DNA of 61,911 bases, filler included, from Pirum gemmata (lineage: Eukaryota): assembly GCA_002812295.1 (NCBI GenBank). It is 14 parts of 14 records of this genome, joined end to end, with 100 filler letters (N's around TTAATTAATTAA, not from the genome) between each part and the next. Parts side by side here need not be neighbours in the genome. Positions count along the whole stretch, not along the records: positions 1 to 4,370 come from PDIN01001292.1; positions 4,471 to 8,773 come from PDIN01001293.1; positions 8,874 to 12,931 come from PDIN01001294.1; 11 more parts are not named here. One strand, 5' to 3'. The notes beneath the pieces are model-generated. The model was not told where the DNA came from. It saw only the letters and a program-made list of their open reading frames with translations, and did no database searches. Both the position numbers and the translations under genes were made by a program. This document shows positions 1 through 12,173 of this stretch, piece after piece (the first letter of the stretch is position 1; every line of letters begins with the position of its first letter).

Positions 1-670
1 ACAATAATAATAATAATAAAAATAATAAACTTTTGCCAAAATATCAGATATAAAATTTAATTTATAATAAAAAAAAAAAAGAAAGAAAGAAAACTAGAGA
101 GAAAAAAGAAAAAAAAAGTACATTATGTGAAAGCTTCGTGGTTATTCAGGTTTCGAGATTCGAATCGAGGGAGTCTATCCAGTGTCTATCCTCTAACTAG
201 CTTCTAGCTAGAGCAACCGTGTCTGACTCTAGTTTTTTTTTTGGTGTATTGTTAATCGACTCAATACAATCATCTATTTTAATAAATAATAATATTGACA
301 ATAACAATAATATTAGTGTTTCATCTTTTTTGCCTACAAGTGGAATACATATTACTGATTCAAATGGTATGAGTAAAATTATTTCAAAAATATTACGAGT
401 TTTGACTGGCAAAAAGAAATCAGAAATAATAATAATCAACAAATCCCTAAATATCAAAAAGAATTTCAAATACCACAAGAATTTCAAGAAAAACAAGAAA
501 TTCAAGAAAAACAAGAAATTTAAGAACAAGAACAACAAGAAATTCAAGAAATTCAAGAACAAGAACAACAAGAAATTCATTATTTTCATTATTTTCATTA
601 TTTTCATTATTTTCATTATTTTCATTATTTTCATTATTTTCATTTTTTTCATTTTTTTCATTTTTTTTTA

Positions 671-1253
671 TATATAGATTTACTATGTCTCCTAAAATGG
701 AATTCATGATTCTCTGAAAAACAAAAGAAGCATCCTTTAAGCCCATGGGTAGCCTCTTATATTGTTTCCTCCCCTCACTAACAGTGAAAGTAGTGTACTT
801 CCTACTTTCTTTTTCTAATAGCACCTGCCAAAAACCTTTGGCACAATCTAACACCGTAAAACACTTTTTGTCACCAATCTCTTCCATTAGTTCCCCTTCT
901 GTCATAATCGGGAACGTTTCAGCTTCTACATATTTGTTTATAGGTGCTAGGTTTGCACACATACGCCACCCTTGGTCCCCTGGCTTAGCAACCATCACCG
1001 GTTGACTGTTCCACCTGCTATCCCAAGGTGCATCTTCAACAAAATCATAGCCCTGCATCTGTTTCGTCTCCACATCTCTATACTTACTCTTTTCACCATG
1101 TTTCTCTTTATAGTATATATATTGAAATATAGGAGTGGTTCCTTCCTTTATTCTTATTTTATGTTGGTGCCCTTTGATGAACTTGCCGGACCTGGGGTCC
1201 CATGCTACCCTTCTCAACTGCTTTATTAATAAGATAGCCTGTTCTCCCACCAC
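671..1253 (-). pseudogene. Gypsy-type reverse transcriptase, truncated
   Basis: Motifs WNSQPVMVAKP, WRMCANLAPINK, FTVLDCAKGFWQ, YTTF and YKRLPMGLKDASFVFQRIMN are present. The sequence breaks at NLYI, exactly where YIDD is expected, and runs into a microsatellite. Confidence 0.93.
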
Positions 1254-1894
1254 TTTGTTCCCAAAAACATCCTCGGTACTACCGAGGGCTCCCAGCCAGG
1301 TATTTGTTCCAAAAACAACTCCCTGTCAGGAGTGCTTCTAACTGTAAATGATAACAAGCAAGCAAGTTCTTGCTCTTCCTGTAATAAAAGACTCTTGTTC
1401 ACCTCCTTAGTGTGTTTATTGTTTACCACCTTGTTACTAACATATGGTAATAACAAGTTGCGCCCTACCCTTGTACCCTCTTGTACAATATTTCTCACTT
1501 CACGCCTAGTTAAGGTCTTAAGTTCGTTACCATGCTCATCCGTAACCTTTAATTCATACTCACCCATAGTGGTGTAGGAAACCACTGTCTCAACAAAGTA
1601 GGGTAAACTGTCAACGATGTACATTTTTAAGGTTTTTGTTTTATTATTAAGGGTAACATATTTGTATACAAAATCTTTTAATAAAAACTTCACTCCATTC
1701 AAAGAGTGAGTGAGGGCAACCTCCTCTGTATAAACCTGCTCGGCCCCCACCTGTTTTCTAGTGATCAAATCTCTGCTACCCCCTGTATCAACCAATGCCA
1801 CTTGTACAACGCCGTTCACCTCTGCTACTGTGAGTAGTACCGACAAACCCTCATCATCCTCATCATTTTCTGTCACGGTTACCTGAGTGAGCAT
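1226..1894 (-). pseudogene. Retropepsin-like aspartic protease region of pol
   Basis: VNGVVQVALVDTGGSRDLI fits the retroviral D[TS]G motif. It lies between gag and RT and is frameshifted relative to RT near 1250-1290. Confidence 0.85.
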
Positions 1895-1906
1895 GGTGTC
1901 AACAAG

Positions 1907-2957
1907 TCATTTTCTCTTCTTAGGGCAATCCCTTAATTAAGAGGTGGTACCTGGAACTACATTTGTGACACCTACTAGTGCCCTTATTAATCGTGGGGGG
2001 GGGGTTGTCCCCTTTAGCAGCCAAATTTTCAAGTAACAATTTGTCCTCTGCATCTGCGTGTGCCACCTGGACTTGTTTTCTTAGCTTTCTTAATTCTACC
2101 TGCTCCCGGTCGGGAGCCTCAGCTCTTCGTTTCACAGCACCTGGTGCCTCCGAGGATTCTTTTGACCATTGAGCCCCCCTCTGATCTCCCGTGGAGCCAG
2201 GGGTTTTGATGTTAGCAGTCTGATCACGACGCCGAGCATCAAAGGACTGGTTAAGCCCGCTCAAACCCCCCAACTTCCAGGCATTCTCTAGCGTGTATTT
2301 GAGTGCTACCTTGTCACTAACTGTCCTAGGCGCTAGTTGTCTTACTAGTGCCCACAGTAGATTCAAACACTCAACCAGCTTCTCGAGAATCTCATCCTGA
2401 AAATGGAGGAAAGTCCGCCGTATGTCCATACGGCTCCAATGATTTGTCAGCAGCAACAAATCCTGCCGATCGTTACCCGACGCCTCCTTTAAGGTGTCTT
2501 CCAAGACTCTCTTGTGAGCATTCGACAGCTCAGTCTTTTCTCGCCTAGCCTTTACAAGCTTCTTGTGTTCGTTACTTCCCCAATTTTGGTCCTCTACCCA
2601 GTAACACACAGCTGGCACCAAGCTATCAGTGAGGTAGTAGATCTCATGCCGTAAGGCCCTCTCACCGTCTTCTCTGACTGCGTTCTTCAAGTCAACTTTC
2701 CATTGCTCCTTCTGATCACAGAGCTTGTAGGCTCGTCCGCAAAGACCATAAATATTTTTTTCAACTCTAACGTCCATGTCTAGTCCATCATCCTTATTGT
2801 TGGCTAGCTGCAGGGTGTTGGAAAGCGTACCGCCGACCCAATCCATCATTTTATTGCCGATAGATTCTGGGTCCATCTGAGCTATACCAGGGTATGTGGC
2901 CCTTGCTTCATGCCAGGTTTTTTTTGAAAGTGTTAGGTTCTTCATCCTCGGTTTCAA
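1907..2957 (-). pseudogene. gag with disrupted CCHC zinc knuckle
   Basis: The 345-aa ORF ends CHKCSSRYHLL. Removing one TTAA at 1933-1940 restores C-x2-C-x4-H-x4-C (CHKCSSRYHLLRDC-PKKRK*). Confidence 0.8.
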
Positions 2958-2979
2958 TGATTTTTCGTTCCACCAACAT

Positions 2980-3413
2980 TGTAGTAAAATTACGTTAATA
3001 TGTGAAAGCTTCGTGGTTATTCAGATTTCGAGATTCGAATCGAGGGATATAGCTTATATATATATATATGTTTATGACTCGTTATGATTGTCTTACAATA
3101 TATTTTAAAGTATCTTTTATTAAGTGGAATATTAACGAGTATGTATTTTTACAATGTTGTTCTAATCTTATGTTTTTACAATTTCTCCTCTCCCATATGC
3201 TTTTCCTCTTCCCTTTATATACAACTCTTGAACCCAACAAAGAATCCATCTTTTATAGTTCAAACACCTTTTGTCTTAGCAACCTTGCCCGTTTCTTTCC
3301 TAAGGCCAAAAGCCCTTAAAACCCTTATTCCTTTTACACCTGTTCCGAACTTGACATGACGTCATCACGTCTGCTCGAGTTCGAAACTCATCTCGAACAC
3401 TCGAGCTGTGACA
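2980..3413 (-). mobile_element. Putative 5' LTR of the Gypsy element, with adjacent PBS-like site
   Basis: The minus strand reads TGTCAC...TACTACA, followed 4 nt later by TGGTGGAACG. It contains the 49-bp block that is repeated at 124-172. The outer boundary is inferred. Confidence 0.55.
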
Positions 3414-4370
3414 ATTATTAGTCTTTTATTAATTAATATTTAAATTTTTAAAAAAAAAAAAAATAATAAATAAATAATTACTAAATAATTCTATTCTATC
3501 TGACTAGTCTGGCTAACTTCTGGCTAGCTAGTGCCTAACCAAGGACTTCAAATTCCAAAAGGACCTCGCCACCAAAACCAGTCCAAAACCCATAGACCTA
3601 AACCTTGCCCATAATTAAAAGTCGGATGTCGGTTCGGGGCCTTTGGCCTTACCCCCCCCCCTCCGAACCGACCGACTCGGGGAAGGGGTCAACCCCCCTG
3701 AGTCGGGGGGGGGGGTTGATTTTCCCGAGTCGGATNTATTATTATTATTATTATTATTACTTAGAAATTAATGATAAACATATATTTCACAAATCAATCA
3801 ATACCTATGAGCAACATACACCATTTTTAGCCCATTTTTACGGGGCCGTCCCGCTCCGGCTGGCTTAGGACCGGCTAGTCTATGCCTATCATAGGGTTAG
3901 AGTTAGAGTTAGAGTTAGGGTTAGGGTTAGGCCTGGTTTGTAGACTGTTTGTAGACATAACCTAGCTAGACCTACAGATTCGGAGAGGGAAAATTTTACA
4001 AAAAAAATACGCAAAATTGACGTAATTTGTTTTTTTTACAAATTAGTAAGTCAAATGTAAGTTTTTAGTAAGGTTCGAAAAACAATTCCAAAAAAAAAAT
4101 TGCCCAATGAAATTGAGATATTTTTTAACAGAGGTCTTGATTGGATTTTTTTGAAAAAGGTGAAAATACTGTGAAAATGAGAACTTTAGAGTGTCTAAGC
4201 TAACCCTAACCCTAACCCTAACCCTAACCCTAACCCTAACCCTAGCCCTGTAGCTACTAGCTAACTAGCGAGGCTCAGGGGGTAGATTTTGAAAAGGTGT
4301 CATAGATCTACGATAGTCATACGATACTGACCCTAGCTAGGATACTGACCTACGATACTGACGATGTATA

Positions 4371-4470
4371 NNNNNNNNNNNNNNNNNNNNNNNNNNNNNN
4401 NNNNNNNNNNNNNNTTAATTAATTAANNNNNNNNNNNNNNNNNNNNNNNNNNNNNNNNNNNNNNNNNNNN
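4371..4470. other. Artificial contig linker (N-TTAATTAATTAA-N), first of 13
   Basis: The same six-frame-stop linker occurs at about 4416, 8818, 12976, 17346, 21734, 26147, 30567, 34984, 39367, 44366, 48765, 53183 and 57541. Confidence 0.97.
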
Positions 4471-4832
4471 AAACCAAGATGAAAAAAAAAAACTGTACCT
4501 ACACATATATACTAATATGCATACATGTATGCTAGCTAGATGTATCAAACTATGTATAATGTATTATTTATATCGAGGGGGGTGGGGTGATATACGATAT
4601 CTTTTTTGTAACCATCATACATAATATTATTAGACTATTATGATTAGTCAAAAAATTCGAAACAGTAAAAAAGAACCTAGAAAAAAACAGATATAATACT
4701 AGCCAGATAACAGCTTTTTTAGATTTTTTAGGCTTTTTTTTATTGTAATAGTAGACCTATTAAAAAGCGCTTTTCATTTGTTTTGTCACTCCGAATATTT
4801 ATTTGGTTGTTTATAATTTTTTTATTAGCTTT

Positions 4833-4905
<73 letters not shown>

Positions 4906-5255
4906 CAACTTGTTACCAGTTTGTTACCACTTTGTTACCTTATTATTATCGTAGCTCAAATAATGGATTTACATTTTTTTTTCCTTTTTCGCTCGACATA
5001 AAAAAAATTCAACCCAAACGTCTATAGAAAAAACTCGAAACCAGGTTGGGAAAACAATTTTAAAAAAAATAACATTTTCGGAGAAAATAAACTCTAAAAC
5101 ATTATCAGAGTGGTTCAATGAACTTTTCAATCCAATGAAAAATCAAATCTGATTCCGACCGTCCTTCAAAAAAAATTTCGGATCTGTCCGACTTTTCCGA
5201 GGGTCATTAGTACTCATTACTCATTACTTGTAATAAAAATCAGTACATTTTTTCT

Positions 5256-5734
5256 CTACTTAGATCGGCCATGATTCATGAAAGGAATCCACGCATTATT
5301 ATTATTATTGTTATTGTTATCATCATTATTATTATTATTATTGTCCTTATCATTACGCCAAAACGTTGAAAGAAGATTTCTATTAGTACTATTACCTGCT
5401 ACCATAGTAGTTTTGGAGTATATAAACGCTTTGTTCTTTAGTTTAAATGGCTCATATGCTTGTTTGTTAACATTGAAAGCATAAAACGTGCCCCAGACGT
5501 CCGAACTTCCTGATACTTTTCTAAGAAAAACATCATAAACCCTTTGTTCTTTAGTTTAAATAGCTCATATGCTTGTTTGTTAACATTGAAAGCATAAAAC
5601 GTGCCCCAGACGTCCGAACTTCTTGATACTTTTCTAAGAAAAACATCATAAGTATTTACTGTTGCGTTCAACAGTGCTACTAGTTCCCTCTGCTGTGGGG
5701 TCATTGTTTGATCAGAGCAAGTGAAAACGGTCAT
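5256..5734 (-). pseudogene. Coding fragment of unknown family, broken by a 113-bp tandem duplication
   Basis: Without the duplicated unit (5422-5534 vs 5535-5651) the frame MTVFTCSDQ...YAFNVNKQAYE..FKLKNK continues as AFIYSKTTMVAG...AWIPFMNHGRSK*. Confidence 0.5.
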
Positions 5735-6881
5735 GGTTTAAGATTGCAACAATTTAAAAAATACTACACTACATAAGTCAATAATAAAAAAATATGATGG
5801 TAAATATGATGACAAATAAATTATAAATATAATGACAAAGCACNTTGACTTGAAGAGATTAATGAGCAATTTTAAAATAGAGAAGACTATTATATTTAAT
5901 AAGAAAATATGAATAATATAATTAATTAATTAAAACTATATTATGAATTTGTATCAGATACGTTTTGCCTTTATTTTAAGTAATAATATTAATGTTATAT
6001 TATTTTTAATGATAATGATTTAATATATAATAATAAGTAATTTATAAATAATAATAATAAAAAGAAGAAAAAAAAAGCACAAAGAAAAAGAATTTGTATC
6101 AGATACGTTTTGCCTTTATCAAGTAATTATATTAATATTATATTATTTAATGATAATGATTTAATATAATTATAATATAAAAGATTTTAATTAAGTAATT
6201 TATAAATAATAATAAAAAAAAGAAGAAAAAAAAAGCACAAAGAAAAAGAGAAAAAAAGCTAGGCGGCCCAGGCCGCCATATGTTGTATGAATGTAGGTAT
6301 GCAGAGGCTACGATAAGATGTAGCTGACAGTACTAAGCTCCAGGCTCCAGCCTGCGTGTTAGTCTAATGCCTAACCCTAACTTCCCTAACCCACAGCTGA
6401 GCAAGTACCATCAAAAAAAAAAAAAGAAAGGCAATAATGTTGATACTTTCTATTGGTCAATATTTTTTAAAGTTTTATTTTTGTTTAGTGATTGATTATT
6501 CTTTTTTTAAATACTCCAAGCCCAGACTCCAAAACTCCCCAAAACTCCAAAAGACAAGGTCTCAAAAATTGAATAAAAATTGCCCAAAGGGGGGACGATA
6601 CAAAGTTTGACCTAGAAAAGTTGACTATTTTCTCCGCGCAGTGACAGTATTATTTATAAAAAACCAGCCCAGATCATGATCATCTGCTTCTTACTTTTTT
6701 TATTTTCTTCTCTTTTAGACCTTTTATGGATAGAGTAACGTATCACTCGATAGTACTACGTAGTATGAAACTGTATGATAGACTATGATAGTAGGTAGTA
6801 GCTAGCTAGCTAGAGCTGCTGCTAGAGCTCTACTACTATGATACTAGCTAGCTAGCTAGAGTCTACGTACTTCCAACGAGG

Positions 6882-6913
6882 CAAGGAGTTTTTTTTTTTT
6901 CTTGAACTCCTTG
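6882..6913. mobile_element. P-element-like 32-bp footprint or mini-element
   Basis: CAAGGAGTT...AACTCCTTG inverted ends with an exact 7-bp direct repeat AACGAGG on both sides (6875-6881, 6914-6920). Confidence 0.75.
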
Positions 6914-8028
6914 AACGAGGTGAAAAAAAATCTTTCATTGACTTATGATAGTGTTTATGATAGCTAGCTAGAGCTGATCTATCCATGAGCTATCGATATC
7001 TATTGACATCAGAATTGGATCAGTGAGTAACAAGTAGTCAGTGAGTAATGTTTGTGAGTATCGATAGACTGACGATTGTCCAGTATGACATAGTTCAAAA
7101 GACCCCAGGAAATTTTCTGGGGTCTTATAAAAAAAATCCCTGTGAGGTTCAGTAGTTAGCTACTAGCTAGCTAGCTAGTAGAGTAGAGCTGATGGCTGAT
7201 GGAGGCACCTGGCATCCTGGCATCATGGAGCTGAATCAGCTGATGGAGGTATGATCTAGCTAGCTACTAGCTAGTAGCTAGCTATGATCCCAGGAGCTGG
7301 GTAATAGTGGGTATGATCATGATGGTCATACCGCTCTAATAAATGAGTCGGCCGACGAGTCGACGGCCAGCTAGAGCTAGATTAGCCAAAAATAAAATTA
7401 TTTGTCCAATAGAAATATTCTAATTTGTTTGTTTCACAAGCAACCACTAAAATTTTCCGGTGGAAATTTTGTATATATTATATATAGACTCTATTTGTTT
7501 GGTTGGGGAGGTACCGTTCGGAGGTGATGTTGGATTACGTTGGATAATGCGGGTTCGTTTAGCGTTCTTTTTCCCAACCAGAAAATCTATATAAATTTAG
7601 ATATTGAAATACTATATTTAGTAATAAAAAACAGAAAAAACAAACACAAAAACATAATTTCAGTTATTGAAGCTCTATATTTAGTAGTAAAAATCTAGAT
7701 AAATATAAATTTATTTTTTAAAAGCTAATGAATAATAAAAATAGTAGTGCCTTTTTCATATCATTATTATGAATATAAAATTTTTTTTTATTATGATATA
7801 TATCATGATAATAATAATGATTATGAATCAATTTATGAAAATAGTCTATGACATATTATCCTAATTATCATAATATGTATATGTTGTAAGTACTACTAGT
7901 AGGTTATGACTCGTGAGTAATTCTTTGTAATAATTAACTTTGTTGTTATCTTCAAACTATATATATATCAGATATATCAAATATAATACAATATATTCAA
8001 ATATATTCAATATAGTCAAATAGTCGAA

Positions 8029-8717
8029 ATGCCTACAAAAAATCAAGTCCGTTCTGGTGGGAATTCGTCTTACAAGAACAAAAAAAAATTGTATGACGAA
8101 GCAAAAGCTAACGGCAGAAAAGTATTATACGAAGTTGACCCGTTAGATGAGTTTAGGTTAGAATCATATACAGATATAGCTGATGTAAATAAGAAACCTA
8201 GTGATATTTGGGAAGCTCCTTACACCGTATTTTGCTTACACAATTATTACAAGAACCAACAAATCAGTTGCCCAAACTGTGAAGGGAAATGTATTCCTAC
8301 TATTAAAGAGTACGTAGAAAGATCCTACAGTAGGCTTGATTATAACGGTAGATTTATTTATACCCGATTAAATTGCCATACTTATAATTCTGTATTCAAT
8401 CCTATAGAAGAAAGTATTCTCAAAAAATTACCCCTGCAAATTCAAGAGCAATTACGCTTTACTGCCACACAAAAAGAATTAATCCACAATGAGTGGGATA
8501 AAGAGTTGGTGAATGCAGCTATGCTCGCTGGAGGCTTCAACCAACTTGCCAGAGAGGTCAACATTCGGCGGCAAAATCGTTATTGCTTGCTGATGAAAAA
8601 TAATGCTATTATGGACTTGCGTCGAGCTGAACATTTAGAGAACAGTGAAACTTTGACTGACCATAAACTTGAAGACTGGCTTGCTGAACATAAAGTGCTT
8701 GATTATGGAACCCTAAG
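8029..8717 (+). CDS. First exon of a DUF6729-like (probably transposon-associated) protein
   Basis: The pattern CPxC ... RxYxRLDYxxRFIYxRLxC ... FNPxxxxILxxLPxxIQEQLxFxxTxK ... L..EV..R...RY resembles DUF6729. The exon ends at donor AG|GTATGT (8717/8718) before the contig end. Confidence 0.55.
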
Positions 8718-10038
8718 GTATGTATGCATACATGTATGCCTTATCATTTATCTTATTATTATTATTATTATTANNNNNNNNNNNNNNNNNNNNNNNNNNN
8801 NNNNNNNNNNNNNNNNNTTAATTAATTAANNNNNNNNNNNNNNNNNNNNNNNNNNNNNNNNNNNNNNNNNNNNACTAGTGGAAACAATAGTATTAATAAG
8901 ACTTGTGTGTTTTCTGCTATTTTTGAAATAATTTGCATAATTGTAAGCAGTTATAGGAATGGTGTACAACATTGTTGGACTGTTAATAAGGCCGCCCGCT
9001 AATAATTCTGATATAGACGATGGATATAAATATAATTAGAGTTGCAAAGTAAATCCTAAATCCAAAACAGCGTAACGTCTAGCATTACGTCAAGCTGTTG
9101 AACACCATTTGGAAAAGATTGCTAAAATGAACCGTGAAAGTCTGAAAGATTATTAATAATTAGAAACTGGGAGATTAGAAATGTGTGAACTATTGATCAA
9201 TCAATAAGAAAACTATTAAAAAAACCCGTGGCTAAACCTGGTTGCATTGATTTTATTTACACTAATTTCGATAATAGTAATAATAATAATAATAATAGCA
9301 GTGATATATAGTAATTATGATAATAATAATAATGATATAACTACTGTGATGACTACTATTACTACTACTACTTCTACTACTAAACATAAGACTATTAATA
9401 TTAAAATAACAGTAATAATGTTAATAATAATAAACGAAAAAGAACGAAAACATCTGTTATAAGTATGCTTGTTATCGGAGTGTGTGTGTGTGGGGGGGGA
9501 TACAACGTGCACGTGGTGTGTGTAACAAAGAATGTGGAATTACTTTTACGTGTGAAAATTTGAAAAGATAAAGATTGTAAGTAGATTGTACATAAAAATG
9601 TTGATGAAAATGATTCTTGTATGATAAATTCCCCTTGTACCACTCTTTTACTACTCTTTTACTACACTTTTACTACTCTTTTACTACACTTTTACTAGAT
9701 ATGCTCTATATATTATAAAAATTTAAACTCGAAATTTTCGAACCGATGTATTTATTAATAAACTCGAAAAAATTAATTTCGAACAGACCAAAACAGACCA
9801 GAAATTCTGCTCGGCAGAAATCGAGCTTTTCGGGGCAGAAGACAGAAGCAGAAAGTCGAGTTTTAGGGGCAGAATTCGGAGAGAAGCCTAGTCATGAATA
9901 TCATGAATCATGTTCGATCAAAAATTTGCGAAACATTTGCTGAAAAAAAAAAAAAAAGAATAAAGAAGTAAAATTTCTTATTATGGTAAATTTTGTAACA
10001 GCTATTATTATTTTAACAAATCAGCGACCCACTTTTAA

Positions 10039-10305
10039 TTTGTAGTTTGTACTTTGTAAGTTTGTAGTTTTTAGTTTTGTAGTTTGTAGTTTGTAGTTTG
10101 TAGTTTGTAGTTTGTAGTTTGTAGTTTGTAGTTTGTAGTTTGTAGTTTGTAGTTTGTAGTTTGTAGTTTGTAGTTTTTAGTTTGTAGTTTGTAGTTTGTA
10201 ATTTGTAGTTTGTAGTTTGTAGTTTGTAGTTTGTAGTTCTTAGTTTGTAGTTTGTAGTTTGTAGTTTGTAGTTTGTAGTTTGTAGTTTGTAGTTTGTAGT
10301 TTGTA
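10039..10305. repeat. (GTAGTTT)n heptamer satellite
   Basis: Near-perfect 7-bp tandem array. It produces the spurious TTNYKLQ ORF. Confidence 0.95.
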
Positions 10306-10531
10306 GCCCGAAAACTCGAATTTCTGCTGTCGAAAAAAAAGCCGAAATTCAACCCTGTTCGCAAATTATTTTTTCCATTTTTTCGGGTTTATAAATAATA
10401 AATGAATATACTTGAATATTTAAAATTTTCGAACTTACTTAATTAATGCATAGGCTCGAAAGCTCAATTATTTTTTAAAAACAAAGCAGAATTAGGAGAA
10501 GCACTTTCCTGATTTGAGTGAGTCAAAGTTA

Positions 10532-10838
10532 GGCTTCTCCGAATTCTGCCCGGGCAGAATTTGGCCTTTTTCGAGAAATGGCCGAATGGTGTTTTTCCTC
10601 TCTAACTCGATCAAAAATTAATTTTTTGAAAAAAAAAAAAAAAAAAGATTGATTCTATCATACCACTGTAAAAATATAAGCTCGAAATTTTCAAACCTAT
10701 GTATTTATTAATAAACTTGAAAAAATTAATTTCGAACAGACCAAACAGACCTGAAATTCTGCTCGGCAGAAATCGAGCTTTTCGGGGCAGAAGGCAGAAG
10801 CAGAAAGTCGAGTTTTAGGGGCAGAATTCGGAGAAGTC
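10532..10838. mobile_element. MITE family B (TIR G[G/A]CTTCTCCGAATTCTGCCC, TA-flanked)
   Basis: Reads TA|GGCTTCTCCGAATTCTGCCC...GGGCAGAATTCGGAGAAGTC|TA. Further copies at about 33603-33906 and 9710-9888 (partial). Confidence 0.85.
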
Positions 10839-11641
10839 TACCAATGAAAAGTCTAGAAACACCAAAAAAAGGCCAATTAGAAGAGTCTAAAATTTTGGCA
10901 CTCCAAATATAGAATTCCTATGTCTTATTAGTAGCTGTCAGAAATTCAGAATTTTTTTTTTGCTTTTTTCTATAAATAGTGCCTAATTAATACAATATAA
11001 ATTCATTTAATTTAATTTGGTATGTTTTATTATTTATATATTTATTTAAAAGTGTCCATTTAAAAATTATAACCCTCCAAATAAATATTCAGAGAAATGA
11101 AAAAAGCAAGATTGATGTGGTTGGTAAATCACATTTTTTTTTTGCTTTTATCATATCATAACTTCAAAAAACTTGGGAGACTACTTTTTTCGAACAGATG
11201 CTTATCAAGCCAACCTTAGTTCCGTGTTTCTTACTAATAATAGCAGTTAAATAGCTTAAAATAGTAAATATAATTATAGTAGATACCAATTAAAGTAATA
11301 ATATTAACATTAATAGTAATAAAACCATAAATTGGAAAAGGGTTAGGGTTAGGGTTAGAGGGTTATTCTGTGGCTTTAAAACTTTGTGGTATTATCCTAT
11401 GGCCATCGATTGCAGTTGTTCTACTAGCTACCTAGCTTGGCTTCTCCCAAGCCTGCTGACAGGGGGCTGTTAGCCTGTTACTCTTCTGCGGCTTTAATTA
11501 ACTTTGTGGTATTATCCTATAGTCATTGTCTATTTCATTACAGTTGTTCTCTAGCAAGAATCTCTACTAGCACTCTACTAGCTAGCTTTATTTTTAGACT
11601 ACCTATCTTTGGCATTCTTTGGCTATCTGGAGCCTGCTGAC

Positions 11642-11772
11642 AGGGTTAGGGTTAGGGTTAGGTTAGGGTTAGTTAGGGTTAGGGTTAGGGTTAGGGTTAG
11701 GGTTAGGGTTAGGGTTAGGGTTAGGGTTAGGGTTAGGGTTAGGGTTAGGGTTAGGGTTAGGGTTAGGGTTAG
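11642..11772 (+). repeat. Interstitial (TTAGGG)n array
   Basis: About 20 telomere-type hexamers inside a contig. Confidence 0.95.
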
Positions 11773-12173
11773 ACAAGAGGACCTAGCTAGCTATAGCTAC
11801 TAGCTAGCTAGAGGGCCAGTAAAGGCTACTGGCTATGATATATAGTATGTCATAGAGATAAGCCTCTCTCAATTTTGCTCGAACCCGAAAACTCGAAAAA
11901 AAAATCAGCTCTGTTTGAAAATTATTTTTTTTCATTTTTTTTTCTGGTTTATAAATAAATAAATAAATATACTCGAATACTTTTAAAAATGATAAGCTCA
12001 AAGTATTCGAACTTTTCAATTAATCCATAGGCTCGAAAACTCGATTTTTTAAAAAAACAAAGCAGAATTATTGGGAGAAGCCAAGCTAGCTCTAGTAGAG
12101 ATTCTAGTAGAGAACAACTGCAATGAAATAGACGATGGCCATAAGATAATACCACAAAGTTAAAGCCACAGAA

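Larger units (their letters stand above)
124..3413 (-). mobile_element. Decayed, internally truncated Ty3/Gypsy LTR retrotransposon
   Basis: Order on the minus strand is gag, then aspartic protease (LVDTGG), then RT. A 49-bp direct repeat (124-172 vs 2999-3047, 1 mismatch) brackets the coding region. No RNase H or integrase is recognisable. Confidence 0.85.

Noticed and set aside
197..677. ORFs 197-661 (-) and 219-677 (+)
   Set aside because: They are dominated by 9-bp microsatellite translations and show no recognisable domain.
3775..3879. GC-rich hairpin followed by CTAG-T, resembling a Helitron 3' end
   Set aside because: CTAG is ubiquitous here for other reasons, and there is no 5' end or second copy.
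4416..4427. TTAATTAATTAA as a biological motif or piggyBac site
   Set aside because: It is always centred in N runs, so it is an assembly linker.
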